From: the human T2T-CHM13v2.0 reference genome, Homo sapiens
DNA: 64,000 nucleotides
Direction: 5' to 3' (one strand)
NCBI RefSeq assembly: GCF_009914755.1
Contig: NC_060941.1
The notes under the pieces are model-generated. The model did no database searches and had not been told where the DNA came from. It worked only from the letters and a program-made list of their open reading frames with translations. The position numbers were made by a program, and so were the translations under genes. Positions 50,901 through 64,000 of the stretch are shown here, piece by piece. The stretch's first letter is position 1, and each line of letters starts with the position of its first letter.

Positions 50901-53900
50901 CTCTTGGTGACGACTGAGTTTAACTCACAGAGCTGAACATTCCTTTGGATGGAGCAGTTTCGAAACACACTATTTGTAGAATGTGCAAGTGGATATGTGG
51001 GCCTCTCTGAGGATTTCGTTGGAAACGGGATAAACCGCACAGAAGTAAACAGAAGCATTCTCAGAACCTTCTTCGTGATGTTTGCATTCAACTCACAGTG
51101 TTGAACCTTTCTTTGATAGTTCAGGTTTGAAACGGTCTTTCTGTAGAAACTGCAAGTAGATATTTGGACCTCTCTGAGGATTTCGTTGGAAACGGGATAA
51201 ACCGCACAGAACTACAACAGAAGCATTCTCAGAACCCTCTTCGTGATGTTTGCATTCAACTCACGGTGCTGAACCTTTCTTTGATAGTTCCGCTTTGAAA
51301 CACTCTTTTTGTAGAAACTGCAAGTGGATATTTGGTCCTCTCTGAGGATTTCGTTGGAAACGGGATAAACCGCACAGAACTAAACAGAAGCATTCTCAGA
51401 ACCTTCTTCGTGATGTCTGCATTCAACTCACAGTGTGGAACCTTTCTTTGATAGTTCAGGTTTGAATCACTCTTTTTGTAGAAACTGCAAGGGGATAATT
51501 GCACTTCTTTGAGGCCTACCGTAGTAAAGGAAATAACTTCCTATAAAAAGAAGACAGAAGCTTTCTCAGAAAATTCTTTGGGATGATTGAGTTGAGCAAA
51601 CAGAGCTGAACACTCCTTGCGATGTAGCAGTTTAGAAACACACTTTCTGCAGAATCTGCAAGTGCATATGTGGACCTCTCTGAGGAATTCGTTGGAAACG
51701 GGATAATTTCAGCTGACTAAACAGAAGCAGTCTCAGAATCTTCTTTGTGATGTTTGCATTCAAATCCCAGAGTTGAACTTTCCTTTCAAAGTTCACGTTT
51801 GAAACACTCTTTTTGCAGGATCTACAAGTGGATATTTGGACCACTCTGTGTCCTTCGTTCGAAACGGGTATATCTTCACATGACATCTAGACAGAAGCAT
51901 TCTCAGAAGCTTCTCTGTGATGACTGCATTCAACTCACGGAGTTGAACACTCCTTTTGAGAGCGCAGTTTTGAAACTCTCTTTCTGTGGCATCTGCAAGG
52001 GGACATGTAGACCTCTTTGAAGATTTCGTTGGAAACGGAATCATCTTCACATCAAAACTATACAGATGCATTCTCAGGAACTTTTTGGTGATGTTTGTAT
52101 TCAACTCCCAGAGTTGAACTTTCCTTTGGAAAGAGCAGCTATGAAACACTCTTTTTCTAGAATCTGCAAGTGGACGTTTGGAGGGCTTTGTGGTTTGTGG
52201 TGGAAAAGGAAATATCTTCACCTAAATACTAGATAGAAGCATTCTCAGAAACTGCTTTGTGATGATTGCATTCACCTCACAGAGTTGAACATTCCTATTG
52301 ATAGAGCAGTTTGGAAACACTCTTGCTGTGGAATGTGCAAGTGGAGATTTGGAGCGCTTTGAGGCCTATGGTTGTAAAGGAAATAGCTTCATAGAAAAAC
52401 TAGACAGAAGCATTCTCAGAAAATACTTTGTGATGATTGAGTTGAACTCACAGAGCTGAACATTCCTTTGGATGGAGCAGGTTTGAGACACACTTTTTGT
52501 AGTATCTACAAGTGGATATTTGGACCTCTCTGAGGATTTCGTTGGAAACGGGATAACTGCAGCTAACTAAACGGAAGCATTCTCAGAAACTTCTTGGTGA
52601 TGTTTGCATTCAAATCCCAGAGTTGAACCTTCCTTTGAGAGTTCAGGTTTGAAACACTCTTTTTGTAGGATCTGCAAGTGGATATTTGGACCACTCTGTG
52701 GCCTTCGTTCGAAACGGGTACATCTTCGAATAAAATCTAGACAGAAGCCTTCTCAGAAACTTCTCTGTGATGATTGCATTCAACTCACAGAGTTGAACCC
52801 TCCTATGGATAGAGCAGTGTTGAAACTCTCTTTTTGTGGAATCTGCAAGCGGATATGTGGACCTCTCCGAAGATGTCTTTGGAAACGGGAATATCTTCAC
52901 ATAAAAACTAAACAGAAGCATTCTCAGAAACTTCTCTGTGATGTTTGTGTTCAACTCCCAGAGTTTCACATTGCTTCTCATAGAGTAGTTCTGAAACATG
53001 CTTTTCGTAGTGTCTGCAAGTGGACATTTGGAGCGCTTTCAGGCCTGTGGTGGAAAACGAATTATGGTCACATGAAAACTGGAGAGAAGCATTGTCAGAA
53101 ACTTCTTTGTGATGATTGCATTCAACTCACAGAGTTGAAGGTTCCTTTTCAAAGAGCAGTTTCCAATCACTCTTTCTGTGGAATCTGCAAGTGGATATTT
53201 GGACCTCTTTGAAGATTTCGTTGGAAACGGGAGAATCTTCACAGAAAAGCTAAACAGAAGCATTCTCAGAAACTTCTTTGTGATGCTTGCATTCAACTCA
53301 CAGAGTTGAACTTTCCTTTCGAGAGAGAAGCTTTGAAACACTCTTTTTCCAGAATCTGCAAGTGGACATTTGGAGGGCTTTGAGGCCTGTGGTGGAAAAG
53401 GAATTATCTTCCCTTAAAAGCTAGATAGAAGCATTCTCAGAAACTACTTTGTGATGATTGCATTCAAGTCACAGAGTTGAACATTCCCTTTGACAGAGCA
53501 GTTTGGAAACTCTCTTTGCGTAGAATCTGCAAGTGGAGATATGGACCGCTTTGAGGCCTATGGTAGTAAAGGAAATAGCTTCATATAAAAGCTAGACAGC
53601 AGCATTCACAGAAAACTCTTGGTGACGACTGAGTTTAACTCACAGAGCTGAACATTCCTTTGGATGGAGCAGTTTCGAAACACACTATTTGTAGAATGTG
53701 CAAGTGGATATGTGGGCCTCTCTGAGGATTTCGTTGGAAACGGGATGAACCGCACAGAACTAAACAGAAGCATTCTCAGAACCTTCTTCGTGATGTTTGC
53801 ATTCAACTCACAGTGTTGAACCTTTCTTTGATAGTTCAGGTTTGAAACGGTCTTTCTGTAGAAACTGCAAGTAGATATTTGGACCTCTCTGAGGATTTCG

Positions 53901-56900
53901 TTGGAAACGGGATAAACCGCACAGAACTAAAACAGAAACATTCTCAGAACCCTCTTCGTGATGTTTGCATTCAATTCACGGTGCTGAACCTTTCTTTGAT
54001 AGTTCAGCTTTGAAACACTCTTTTTGTAGAAACTGCAAGTGGATATTTGGTCCTCTCTGAGGATTTCGTTGGAAACGGGATAAACCGCACAGAACTATAC
54101 AGAAGCATTCTCAGAACCTTCTTCGTGATGTCTGCATTCAACTCACAGTGTGGAACCTTTCTTTGATAGTTCAGGTTTGAAACACTCTTTTTGTAGAAAC
54201 TGCAAGGGGATCATTGCACTTCTTTGAGGCCTACCGTAGTAAAGGAAATAACTTCCTATAAAAAGAAGACAGAAGCTTTCTCAGAAAATTCTTTGGGATG
54301 ATTGAGTGGAGCAAACAGAGCTGAACACTCCTTGCGATGTAGCAGTTTAGAAACACCCTTTCTGCAGAATCTGCAAGTGCATATGTGGACCTCTCTGAGG
54401 AATTCGTTGGAAACGGGATAATTTCAGCTGACTAAACAGAAGCAGTCTCAGAATCTTCTTTGTGATGTTTGCATTCAAATCCCAGAGTTGAACTTTCCTT
54501 TCAAAGTTCACGTTTGAAATACTCTTTTTGCAGGATCTACAAGTGGATATTTGGACCACTCTGTGTCCTTCGTTCGAAACGGGTATATCTTCACATGACA
54601 TCTAGACAGAAGCATTCTCAGAAGCTTCTCTGTGATGACTGCATTCAACTCACGGAATTGAACACTCCTTTTGAGAGCGCAGTTTTGAAACTCTCTTTCT
54701 GTGGCATCTGCAAGGGGACATGTAGACCTCTTTGAAGATTTCGTTGCAAACGGAATCATCTTCACATAAAAACTATACAGATGCATTCTCAGGAACTTTT
54801 TGGTGATGTTTGTATTCAACTCCCAGAGTTGAACTTTCCTTTGGAAAGAGCAGCTATGAAACACTCTTTTTCTAGAATCTGCAAGTGGACGTTTGGAGGG
54901 CTTTGTGGTTTGTGGTGGAAAAGGAAATATCTTCACCTAAATACTAGATAGAAGCATTCTCAGAAACTGCTTTGTGATGATTGCATTCACCTCACAGAGT
55001 TGAACATTCCTATTGATAGAGCAGTTTGGAAACACTCTTGTTGTGGAATGTGCAAGTGGAGATTTGGAGCGCTTTGAGGCCTATGGTAGTAAAGGAAATA
55101 GCTTCATAGAAAAACTAGACAGAAGCATTCTCAGAAAATACTTTGTGATGATTGAGTTGAACTCACAGAGCTGAACATTCCTTTGGATGGAGCAGGTTTG
55201 AGACACACTTTTTGTAGAATCTACAAGTGGATATTTGGACCTCTCTGAGGATTTCGTTGGAAACGGGATAACTGCAGCTAACTAAACGGAAGCATTCTCA
55301 GAAACTTCTTGGTGATGTTTGCATTCAAATCCCAGAGTTGAACCTTCCTTTGAGAGTTCAGGTTTGAAACACTCTTTTTGTAGGATCTGCAAGTGGATAT
55401 TTGGACCACTCTGTGGCCTTCGTTCGAAACGGGTACATCTTCGAATAAAATCTAGACAGAAGCCTTCTCAGAAACTTCTCTGTGATGATTGCATTCAACT
55501 CACAGAGTTGAACCCTCCTATGGATAGAGCAGTGTTGAAACTCTCTTTTTGTGGAATCTGCAAGCGGATATGTGGACCTCTCCGAAGATGTCTTTGGAAA
55601 CGGGAATATCTTCACATAAAAACTAAACAGAAGCATTCTCAGAAACTTCTCTGTGATGTTTGTGTTCAACTCCCAGAGTTTCACATTGCTTCTCATAGAG
55701 TAGTTCTGAAACATGCTTTTCGTAGTGTCTGCAAGTGGACATTTGGAGCGCTTTCAGGCCTGTGGTGGAAAACGAATTATGGTCACATGAAAACTGGAGA
55801 GAAGCATTGTCAGAAACTTCTTTGTGATGATTGCATTCAACTCACAGAGTTGAAGGTTCCTTTTCAAAGAGCAGTTTCCAATCACTCTTTCTGTGGAATC
55901 TGCAAGTGGATATTTGGACCTCTTTGAAGATTTCGTTGGAAACGGGAGAATCTTCACAGAAAAGCTAAACAGAAGCATTCTCAGAAACTTCTTTGTGATG
56001 CTTGCATTCAACTCACAGAGTTGAACTTTCCTTTCGAGAGAGAAGCTTTGAAACACTCTTTTTCCAGAATCTGCAAGTGGACATTTGGAGGGCTTTGAGG
56101 CCTGTGGTGGAAAAGGAATTATCTTCCCTTAAAAGCTAGATAGAAGCATTCTCAGAAACTACTTTGTGATGATTGCATTCAAGTCACAGAGTTGAACATA
56201 CCCTTTGACAGAGCAGTTTGGAAACTCTCTTTGCGTAGAATCTGCAAGTGAAGATATGGACCGCTTTGAGGCCTATGGTAGTAAAGGAAATAGCTTCATA
56301 TAAAAGCTAGACAGCAGCATTCACAGAAAACTCTTGGTGACGACTGAGTTTAACTCACAGAGCTGAACATTCCTTTGGATGGAGCAGTTTCAAAACACAC
56401 TATTTGTAGAATGTGCAAGTGGATATGTGGGCCTCTCTGAGGATTTCGTTGGAAACGGGATAAACCGCACAGAACTAAACAGAAGCATTCTCAGAACCTT
56501 CTTCGTGATGTTTGCATTCAACTCACAGTGTTGAACCTTTCTTTGATAGTTCAGGTTTGAAACGGTCTTTCTGTAGAAACTGCAAGTAGATATTTGGACC
56601 TCTCTGAGGATTTCGTTGGAAACGGGATAAACCGCACAGAACTAAAACAGAAGCATTCTCAGAACCCTCTTCGTGATGTTTGCATTCAATTCACGGTGCT
56701 GAACCTTTCTTTGATAGTTCAGCTTTGAAACACTCTTTTTGTAGAAACTGCAAGTGGATATTTGGTCCTCTCTGAGGATTTCGTTGGAAACGGGATAAAC
56801 CGCACAGAACTAAACAGAAGCATTCTCAGAACCTTCTTCGTGATGTCTGCATTCAACTCACAGTGTGGAACCTTTCTTTGATAGTTCAGGTTTGAAACAC

Positions 56901-59900
56901 TCTTTTTGTAGAAACTGCAAGGGGATCATTGCACTTCTTTGAGGCCTACCGTAGTAAAGGAAATAACTTCCTATAAAAAGAAGACAGAAGCTTTCTCAGA
57001 AAATTCTTTGGGATGATTGAGTGGAGCAAACAGAGCTGAACACTCCTTGCGATGTAGCAGTTTAGAAACACCCTTTCTGCAGAATCTGCAAGTGCATATG
57101 TGGACCTCTCTGAGGAATTCGTTGGAAACGGGATAATTTCAGCTGACTAAACAGAAGCAGTCTCAGAATCTTCTTTGTGATGTTTGCATTCAAATCCCAG
57201 AGTTGAACTTTCCTTTCAAAGTTCACGTTTGAAACACTCTTTTTGCAGGATCTACAAGTGGATATTTGGACCACTCTGTGTCCTTCGTTCGAAAAGGGTA
57301 TATCTTCACATGACATCTAGACAGAAGCATTCTCAGAAGCTTCTCTGTGATGACTGCATTCAACTCACGGAGTTGAACACTCCTTTTGAGAGCGCAGTTT
57401 TGAAACTCTCTTTCTGTGGCATCTGCAAGGGGATATGTAGACCTCTTTGAAGATTTCGTTGCAAACGGAATCATCTTCACATAAAAACTATACAGATGCA
57501 TTCACAGGAACTTTTTGGTGATGTTTGTATTCAACTCCCAGAGTTGAACTTTCCTTTGGAAAGAGCAGCTATGAAACACTCTTTTTCTAGAATCTGCAAG
57601 TGGACGTTTGGAGGGCTTTGTGGTTTGTGGTGGAAAAGGAAATATCTTCACCTAAATACTAGATAGAAGCATTCTCAGAAATTGCTTTGTGATGATTGCA
57701 TTCACCTCACAGAGTTGAACATTCCTATTGATAGAGCAGTTTGGAAACACTCTTGTTGTGGAATGTGCAAGTGGAGATTTGGAGCGCTTTGAGGCCTATG
57801 GTAGTAAAGGGAATAGCTTCATAGAAAAACTAGACAGAAGCATTCTGAGAAAATACTTTGTGATGATTGAGTTGAACTCACAGAGCTGAACATTCCTTTG
57901 GATGGAGCAGGTTTGAGACACACTTTTTGTAGAATCTACAAGTGGATATATGGACCTCTCTGAGGATTTCGTTGGAAACGGGATAACTGCACCTAACTAA
58001 ACGGAAGCATTCTCAGAAACTTCTTGGTGATGTTTGCATTCAAATCCCAGAGTTGAACCTTCCTTTGAGAGTTCAGGTTTGAAACACTCTTTTTGTAGGA
58101 TCTGAAAGTGGATATTTGGACCACTCTGTGGCCTTCGTTCGAAACGGGTACATCTTCGCATAAAATCTAGACAGAAGCCTTCTCAGAAACTTCTCTGTGA
58201 TGATTGCATTCAACTCACAGAGTTGAACCCTCCTATGCATAGAGCAGTGTTGAAACTCTCTTTTTGTGGAATCTGCAAGCGGATATGTGGACCTCTCCGA
58301 AGATGTCTTTGGAAACGGGAATATCTTCACATAAAAACTAAACAGAAGCATTCTCAGAAACTTCTCTGTGATGTTTGTGTTCAACTCCCAGAGTTTCACA
58401 TTGCTTCTCATAGAGTAGTTCTGAAACATGCTTTTCGTAGTGTCTGCAAGTGGACATTTGGAGCGCTTTCAGGCCTGTGGTGGAAAACGAATTATGGTCA
58501 CATAAAAACTGGAGAGAAGCATTGTCAGAAACTTCTTTGTGATGATTGCATTCAAGTCACAGAGTTGAAGGTTCCTTTTCAAAGAGCAGTTTCCAATCAC
58601 TCTTTCTGTGGAATCTGCAAGTGGATATTTGGACCTCTTTGAAGATTTCGTTGGAAACGGGAGAATCTTCACAGAAAAGCTAAACAGAAGCATTCTCAGA
58701 AACTTCTTTGTGATGCTTGCATTCAACTCAAAGAGTTGAACTTTCCTTTCGAGAGAGAAGCTTTGAAACACTCTTTTTCCAGAATCTGCAAGTGGACATT
58801 TGGAGGGCGTTGAGGCCTGTGGTGGAAAAGGAATTATCTTCCCGTAAAAGCTAGATAGAAGCATTCTCAGAAACTACTTTGTGATGATTGCATTCAAGTC
58901 ACAGAGTTGAACATTCCCTTTGACAGAGCAGTTTGGAAACTCTCTTTGCGTAGAATCTGCAAGTGGAGATATGGACCGCTTTGAGGCCTATGGTAGTAAA
59001 GGAAATAGCTTCATATAAAAGCTAGACAGCAGCATTCACAGAAAACTCTTGGTGACGACTGAGTTTAACTCACAGAGCTGAACATTCCTTTGGATGGAGC
59101 AGTTTCGAAACACACTATTTGTAGAATGTGCAAGTGGATATGTGGGCCTCTCTGAGGATTTCGTTGGAAAAGGGATAAACCGCACAGAACTAAACAGAAG
59201 CATTCTCAGAACCTTCTTCGTGATGTTTGCATTCAACTCACAGTGTTGAACCTTTCTTTGATAGTTCAGGTTTGAAACGGTCTTTCTGTAGAAACTGCAA
59301 GTAGATATTTGGACCTCTCTGAGGATTTCGTTGGAAACGGGATAAACCGCACAGAACTAAAACAGAAGCATTCTCAGAACCCTCTTCGTGATGTTTGCAT
59401 TCAACTCACGGTGCTGAACCTTTCTTTGATAGTTCAGCTTTGAAACACTCTTTTTGTAGAAACTGCAAGTGGATATTTGGTCCTCTCTGAGGATTTCGTT
59501 GGAAACGGGATAAACCGCACAGAACTAAACAGAAGCATTCTCAGAACCTTCTTCGTGATGTCTGCATTCAACTCACGGTGTGGAACCTTTCTTTGATAGT
59601 TCAGGTTTGAAACACTCTTTTTGTAGAAACTGCAAGGGGATCATTGCACTTCTTTGAGGCCTACCGTAGTAAAGGAAATAACTTCCTATAAAAAGAAGAC
59701 AGAAGCTTTCTCAGAAAATTCTTTGGGATGATTGAGTTGAGCAAACAGAGCTGAACACTCCTTGCGATGTAGCAGTTTAGAAACACCCTTTCTGCAGAAT
59801 CTGCAAGTGCATATTTGGACCTCTCTGAGGAATTCGTTGGAAACGGGATAATTTCAGCTGACTAAACAGAAGCAGTCTCAGAATCTTCTTTGTGATGTTT

Positions 59901-62900
59901 GCATTCAAATCCCAGAGTTGAACTTTCCTTTCAAAGTTCACGTTTGAAACACTCTTTTTGCAGGATCTACAAGTGGATATTTGGACCACTCTGTGTCCTT
60001 CGTTCGAAACGGGTATATCTTCACATGACATCTAGACAGAAGCATTCTCAGAAGCTTCTCTGTGATGACTGCATTCAACTCACGGAGTTGAACACTCCTT
60101 TTGAGAGCGCAGTTTTGAAACTCTCTTTCTGTGGCATCTGCAAGGGGACATGTAGACCTCTTTGAAGATTTCGTTGCAAACGGAATCATCTTCACATCAA
60201 AACTATACAGATGCATTCTCAGGAGCTTTTTGGTGATGTTTGTATTCAACTCCCAGAGTTGAACTTTCCTTTGGAAAGAGCAGCTATGAAACACTCTTTT
60301 TCTAGAATCTGCAAGTGGACGTTTGGAGGGCTTTGTGGTTTGTGGTGGAAAAGGAAATATCTTCACCTAAATACTAGATAGAAGCATTCTCAGAAACTGC
60401 TTTGTGATGATTGCATTCACCTCACAGAGTTGAACATTCCTATTGATAGAGCAGTTTGGAAACACTCTTGTTGTGGAATGTGCAAGTGGAGATTTGGAGC
60501 GCTTTGAGGCCTATGGTAGTAAAGGGAATAGCTTCATAGAAAAACTAGACAGAAGCATTCTCAGAAAATACTTTGTGATGATTGAGTTGAACTCACAGAG
60601 CTGAACATTCCTTTGGATGGAGCAGGTTTGAGACACACTTTTTGTAGAATCTACAAGTGGATATTTGGACCTCTCTGAGGATTTCGTTGGAAACGGGATA
60701 ACTGCACCTAACTAAACGGAAGCATTCTCAGAAACTTCTTGGTGATGTTTGCATTCAAATCCCAGAGTTGAACCTTCCTTTGAGAGTTCAGGTTTGAAAC
60801 ACTCTTTTTGTAGGATCTGCAAGTGGATATTTGGACCACTCTGTGGCCTTCGTTCGAAACGGGTACATCTTCGCATAAAATCTAGACAGAAGCCTTCTCA
60901 GAAACTTCTCTGTGATGATTGCATTCAACTCACAGAGTTGAACCCTCCTATGGATAGAGCAGTGTTGAAACTCTCTTTTTGTGGAATCTGCAAGCGGATA
61001 TGTGGACCTCTCCGAAGATGTCTTTGGAAACGGGAATATCTTCACATAAAAACTAAACAGAAGCATTCTCAGAAACCTCTCTGTGATGTTTGTGTTCAAC
61101 TCCCAGAGTTTCACATTGCTTCTCGTAGAGTAGTTCTGAAACATGCTTTTCGTAGTGTCTGCAAGTGGACATTTGGAGCGCTTTCAGGCCTGTGGTGGAA
61201 AACGAATTATGGTCACATAAAAACTGGAGAGAAGCATTGTCAGAAACTTCTTTGTGATGATTGCATTCAAGTCACAGAGTTGAAGGTTCCTTTTCAAAGA
61301 GCAGTTTCCAATCACTCTTTCTGTGGAATCTGCAAGTGGATATTTGGACCTCTTTGAAGATTTCGTTGGAAACGGGAGAATCTTCACAGAAAAGCTAAAC
61401 AGAAGCATTCTCAGAAACTTCTTTGTGATGCTTGCATTCAACTCACAGAGTTGAACTTTCCTTTCGAGAGAGAAGCTTTGAAACACTCTTTTTCCAGAAT
61501 CTGCAAGTGGACATTTGGAGGGCTTTGAGGCCTGTGGTGGAAAAGGAATTATCTTCCCGTAAAAGCTAGATAGAAGCATTCTCAGAAACTACTTTGTGAT
61601 GATTGCATTCAAGTCACAGAGTTGAACATTCCCTTTGACAGTGCAGTTTGGAAACTCTCTTTGTGTAGAATCTGCAAGTGGAGATATGGACCGCTTTGAG
61701 GCCTATGGTAGTAAAGGAAATAGCTTCATATAAAAGCTAGACAGTAGCATTCACAGAAAACTCTTGGTGACGACTGAGTTTAACTCACAGAGCTGAACAT
61801 TCCTTTGGATGGAGCAGTTTCGAAACACACTATTTGTAGAATCTGCAAGTGGATATTTGGGCCTCTCTGAGGATTTCGTTGGAAACGGGATAAACCGCAC
61901 AGAAGTAAACAGAAGCATTCTCAGAACCTTCTTCGTGATGTTTGCATTCAACTCACAGTGTTGAACCTTTCTTTGATAGTTCAGGTTTGAAACGGTCTTT
62001 CTGTAGAAACTGCAAGTAGATATTTGGACCTCTCTGAGGATTTCGTTGGAAACGGGATAAACCGCACAGAACTACAACAGAAGCATTCTCAGAACCCTCT
62101 TCGTGATGTTTGCATTCAACTCACGGTGCTGAACCTTTCTTTGATAGTTCAGCTTTGAAACACTCTTTTTGTAGAAACTGCAAGTGGATATTTGGTCCTC
62201 TCTGAGGATTTCGTTGGAAACGGGATAAACCGCACAGAACTAAACAGAAGCATTCTCAGAACCTTCTTCGTGATGTCTGCATTCAACTCACAGTGTGGAA
62301 CCTTTCTTTGATAGTTCAGGTTTGAATCACTCTTTTTGTAGAAACTGCAAGGGGATAATTGCACTTCTTTGAGGCCTACCGTAGTAAAGGAAATAACTTC
62401 CTATAAAAAGAAGACAGAAGCTTTCTCAGAAAATTCTTTGGGATGATTGAGTTGAGCAAACAGAGCTGAACACTCCTTGCGATGTAGCAGTTTAGAAACA
62501 CACTTTCTGCAGAATCTGCAAGTGCATATGTGGACCTCTCTGAGGAATTCGTTGGAAACGGGATAATTTCAGCTGACTAAACAGAAGCAGTCTCAGAATC
62601 TTCTTTGTGATGTTTGCATTCAAATCCCAGAGTTGAACTTTCCTTTCAAAGTTCACGTTTGAAACACTCTTTTTGCAGGATCTACAAGTGGATATTTGGA
62701 CCACTCTGTGTCCTTCGTTCGAAACGGGTATATCTTCACATGACATCTAGACAGAAGCATTCTCAGAAGCTTCTCTGTGATGACTGCATTCAACTCACGG
62801 AGTTGAACACTCCTTTTGAGAGCGCAGTTTTGAAACTCTCTTTCTGTGGCATCTGCAAGGGGACATGTAGACCTCTTTGAAGATTTCGTTGGAAACGGAA

Positions 62901-64000
62901 TCATCTTCACATCAAAACTATACAGATGCATTCTCAGGAACTTTTTGGTGATGTTTGTATTCAACTCCCAGAGTTGAACTTTCCTTTGGAAAGAGCAGCT
63001 ATGAAACACTCTTTTTCTAGAATCTGCAAGTGGACGTTTGGAGGGCTTTGTGGTTTGTGGTGGAAAAGGAAATATCTTCACCTAAATACTAGATAGAAGC
63101 ATTCTCAGAAACTGCTTTGTGATGATTGCATTCACCTCACAGAGTTGAACATTCCTATTGATAGAGCAGTTTGGAAACACTCTTGCTGTGGAATGTGCAA
63201 GTGGAGATTTGGAGCGCTTTGAGGCCTATGGTAGTAAAGGGAATAGCTTCATAGAAAAACTAGACAGAAGCATTCTCAGAAAATACTTTGTGATGATTGA
63301 GTTGAACTCACAGAGCTGAACATTCCTTTGGATGGAGCAGGTTTGAGACACACTTTTTGTAGAATCTACAAGTGGATATTTGGACCTCTCTGAGGATTTC
63401 GTTGGAAACGGGATAACTGCACCTAACTAAACGGAAGCATTCTCAGAAACTTCTTGGTGATGTTTGCATTCAAATCCCAGAGTTGAACCTTCCTTTGAGA
63501 GTTCAGGTTTGAAACACTCTTTTTGTAGGATCTGCAAGTGGATATTTGGACCACTCTGTGGCCTTCGTTCGAAACCGGTACATCTTCGCATAAAATCTAG
63601 ACAGAAGCCTTCTCAGAAACTTCTCTGTGATGATTGCATTCAACTCACAGAGTTGAACCCTCCTATGGATAGAGCAGTGTTGAAACTCTCTTTTTGTGGA
63701 ATCTGCAAGCGGATATATGGACCTCTCCGAAGATGTCTTTGGAAACGGGAATATCTTCACATAAAAACTAAACAGAAGCATTCTCAGAAACTTCTCTGTG
63801 ATGTTTGTGTTCAACTCCCAGAGTTTCACATTGCTTCTCATAGAGTAGTTCTGAAACATGCTTTTCGTAGTGTCTGCAAGTGGACATTTGGAGCGCTTTC
63901 AGGCCTGTGGTGGAAAACGAATTATGGTCACATAAAAACTGGAGAGAAGCATTGTCAGAAACTTCTTTGTGATGATTGCATTCAAGTCACAGAGTTGAAG

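Larger units (their letters stand above)
1..64000 (+). repeat. Alpha-satellite higher-order repeat array (centromeric): 23 complete units plus partial units at both ends, all in one orientation
   Basis: Seen: ~171 bp monomers with alphoid motifs (cattctcagaaact...gcattcaactcacagagttgaac...ctgcaagtggatatttgga) across the whole window. The ORF track recurs with a 2,715 bp period (216, 2931, 5646, ...), with only two exceptions (2,714 and 2,547 bp). Confidence 0.99.

Noticed and set aside
216-63859. Recurrent 66-202 aa ORFs on both strands (for example MHSNPRVEPSF..., 202 aa)
   Set aside because: They are translations of the satellite. A 171 bp monomer is 57 codons, so frames stay open and repeat internally (QKHSQKLLCDDCIQ). 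They overlap on opposite strands, many use non-ATG starts, and single SNVs create or break them.
1-64000. CRISPR-like repeat/spacer array
   Set aside because: There are no unique spacers and no cas genes; entire monomers are homologous along their length.
1-64000. L1/Alu insertion, inversion or non-alphoid island
   Set aside because: The 2,715 bp phase accounts for the whole window except a 1 bp and a 168 bp deletion. I saw no poly(A) tail, target-site duplication or strand switch.
1-64000. 13-mer or 14-mer D17Z1 structural variants
   Set aside because: No unit shorter than 2,547 bp occurs in this window.

Overview
The entire 64 kb window is one uninterrupted, head-to-tail array of primate alpha-satellite (centromeric) DNA. 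It is built from 167-171 bp monomers grouped into a 16-monomer higher-order repeat (HOR) of 2,715 bp with one EcoRI site per unit. The unit size, the pentamer-derived monomer order and the internal monomer triplication match my recollection of human chromosome 17 D17Z1 (suprachromosomal family 3); I could not confirm this by alignment. Numbering units from the EcoRI position, starts are U1 269, U2 2984, U3 5699, U4 8414, U5 11129, U6 13844, U7 16559, U8 19273, U9 21988, U10 24703, U11 27418, U12 29965, U13 32680, U14 35395, U15 38110, U16 40825, U17 43540, U18 46255, U19 48970, U20 51685, U21 54400, U22 57115, U23 59830 and U24 62545 (partial). I found no genes, RNA genes, transposon insertions or inversions, and all listed ORFs are artefacts of the repeat. 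I found no evidence of a new biological system. The informative signal is the array's recent history: a single 15-mer deletion variant at the border between a homogeneous and a more diverged domain, several local tandem duplications, chimeric units, an apparent super-HOR whose two copies span 7 and 4 units, and scattered CENP-B box mutations. Variants were read by eye, so the lists may be incomplete.
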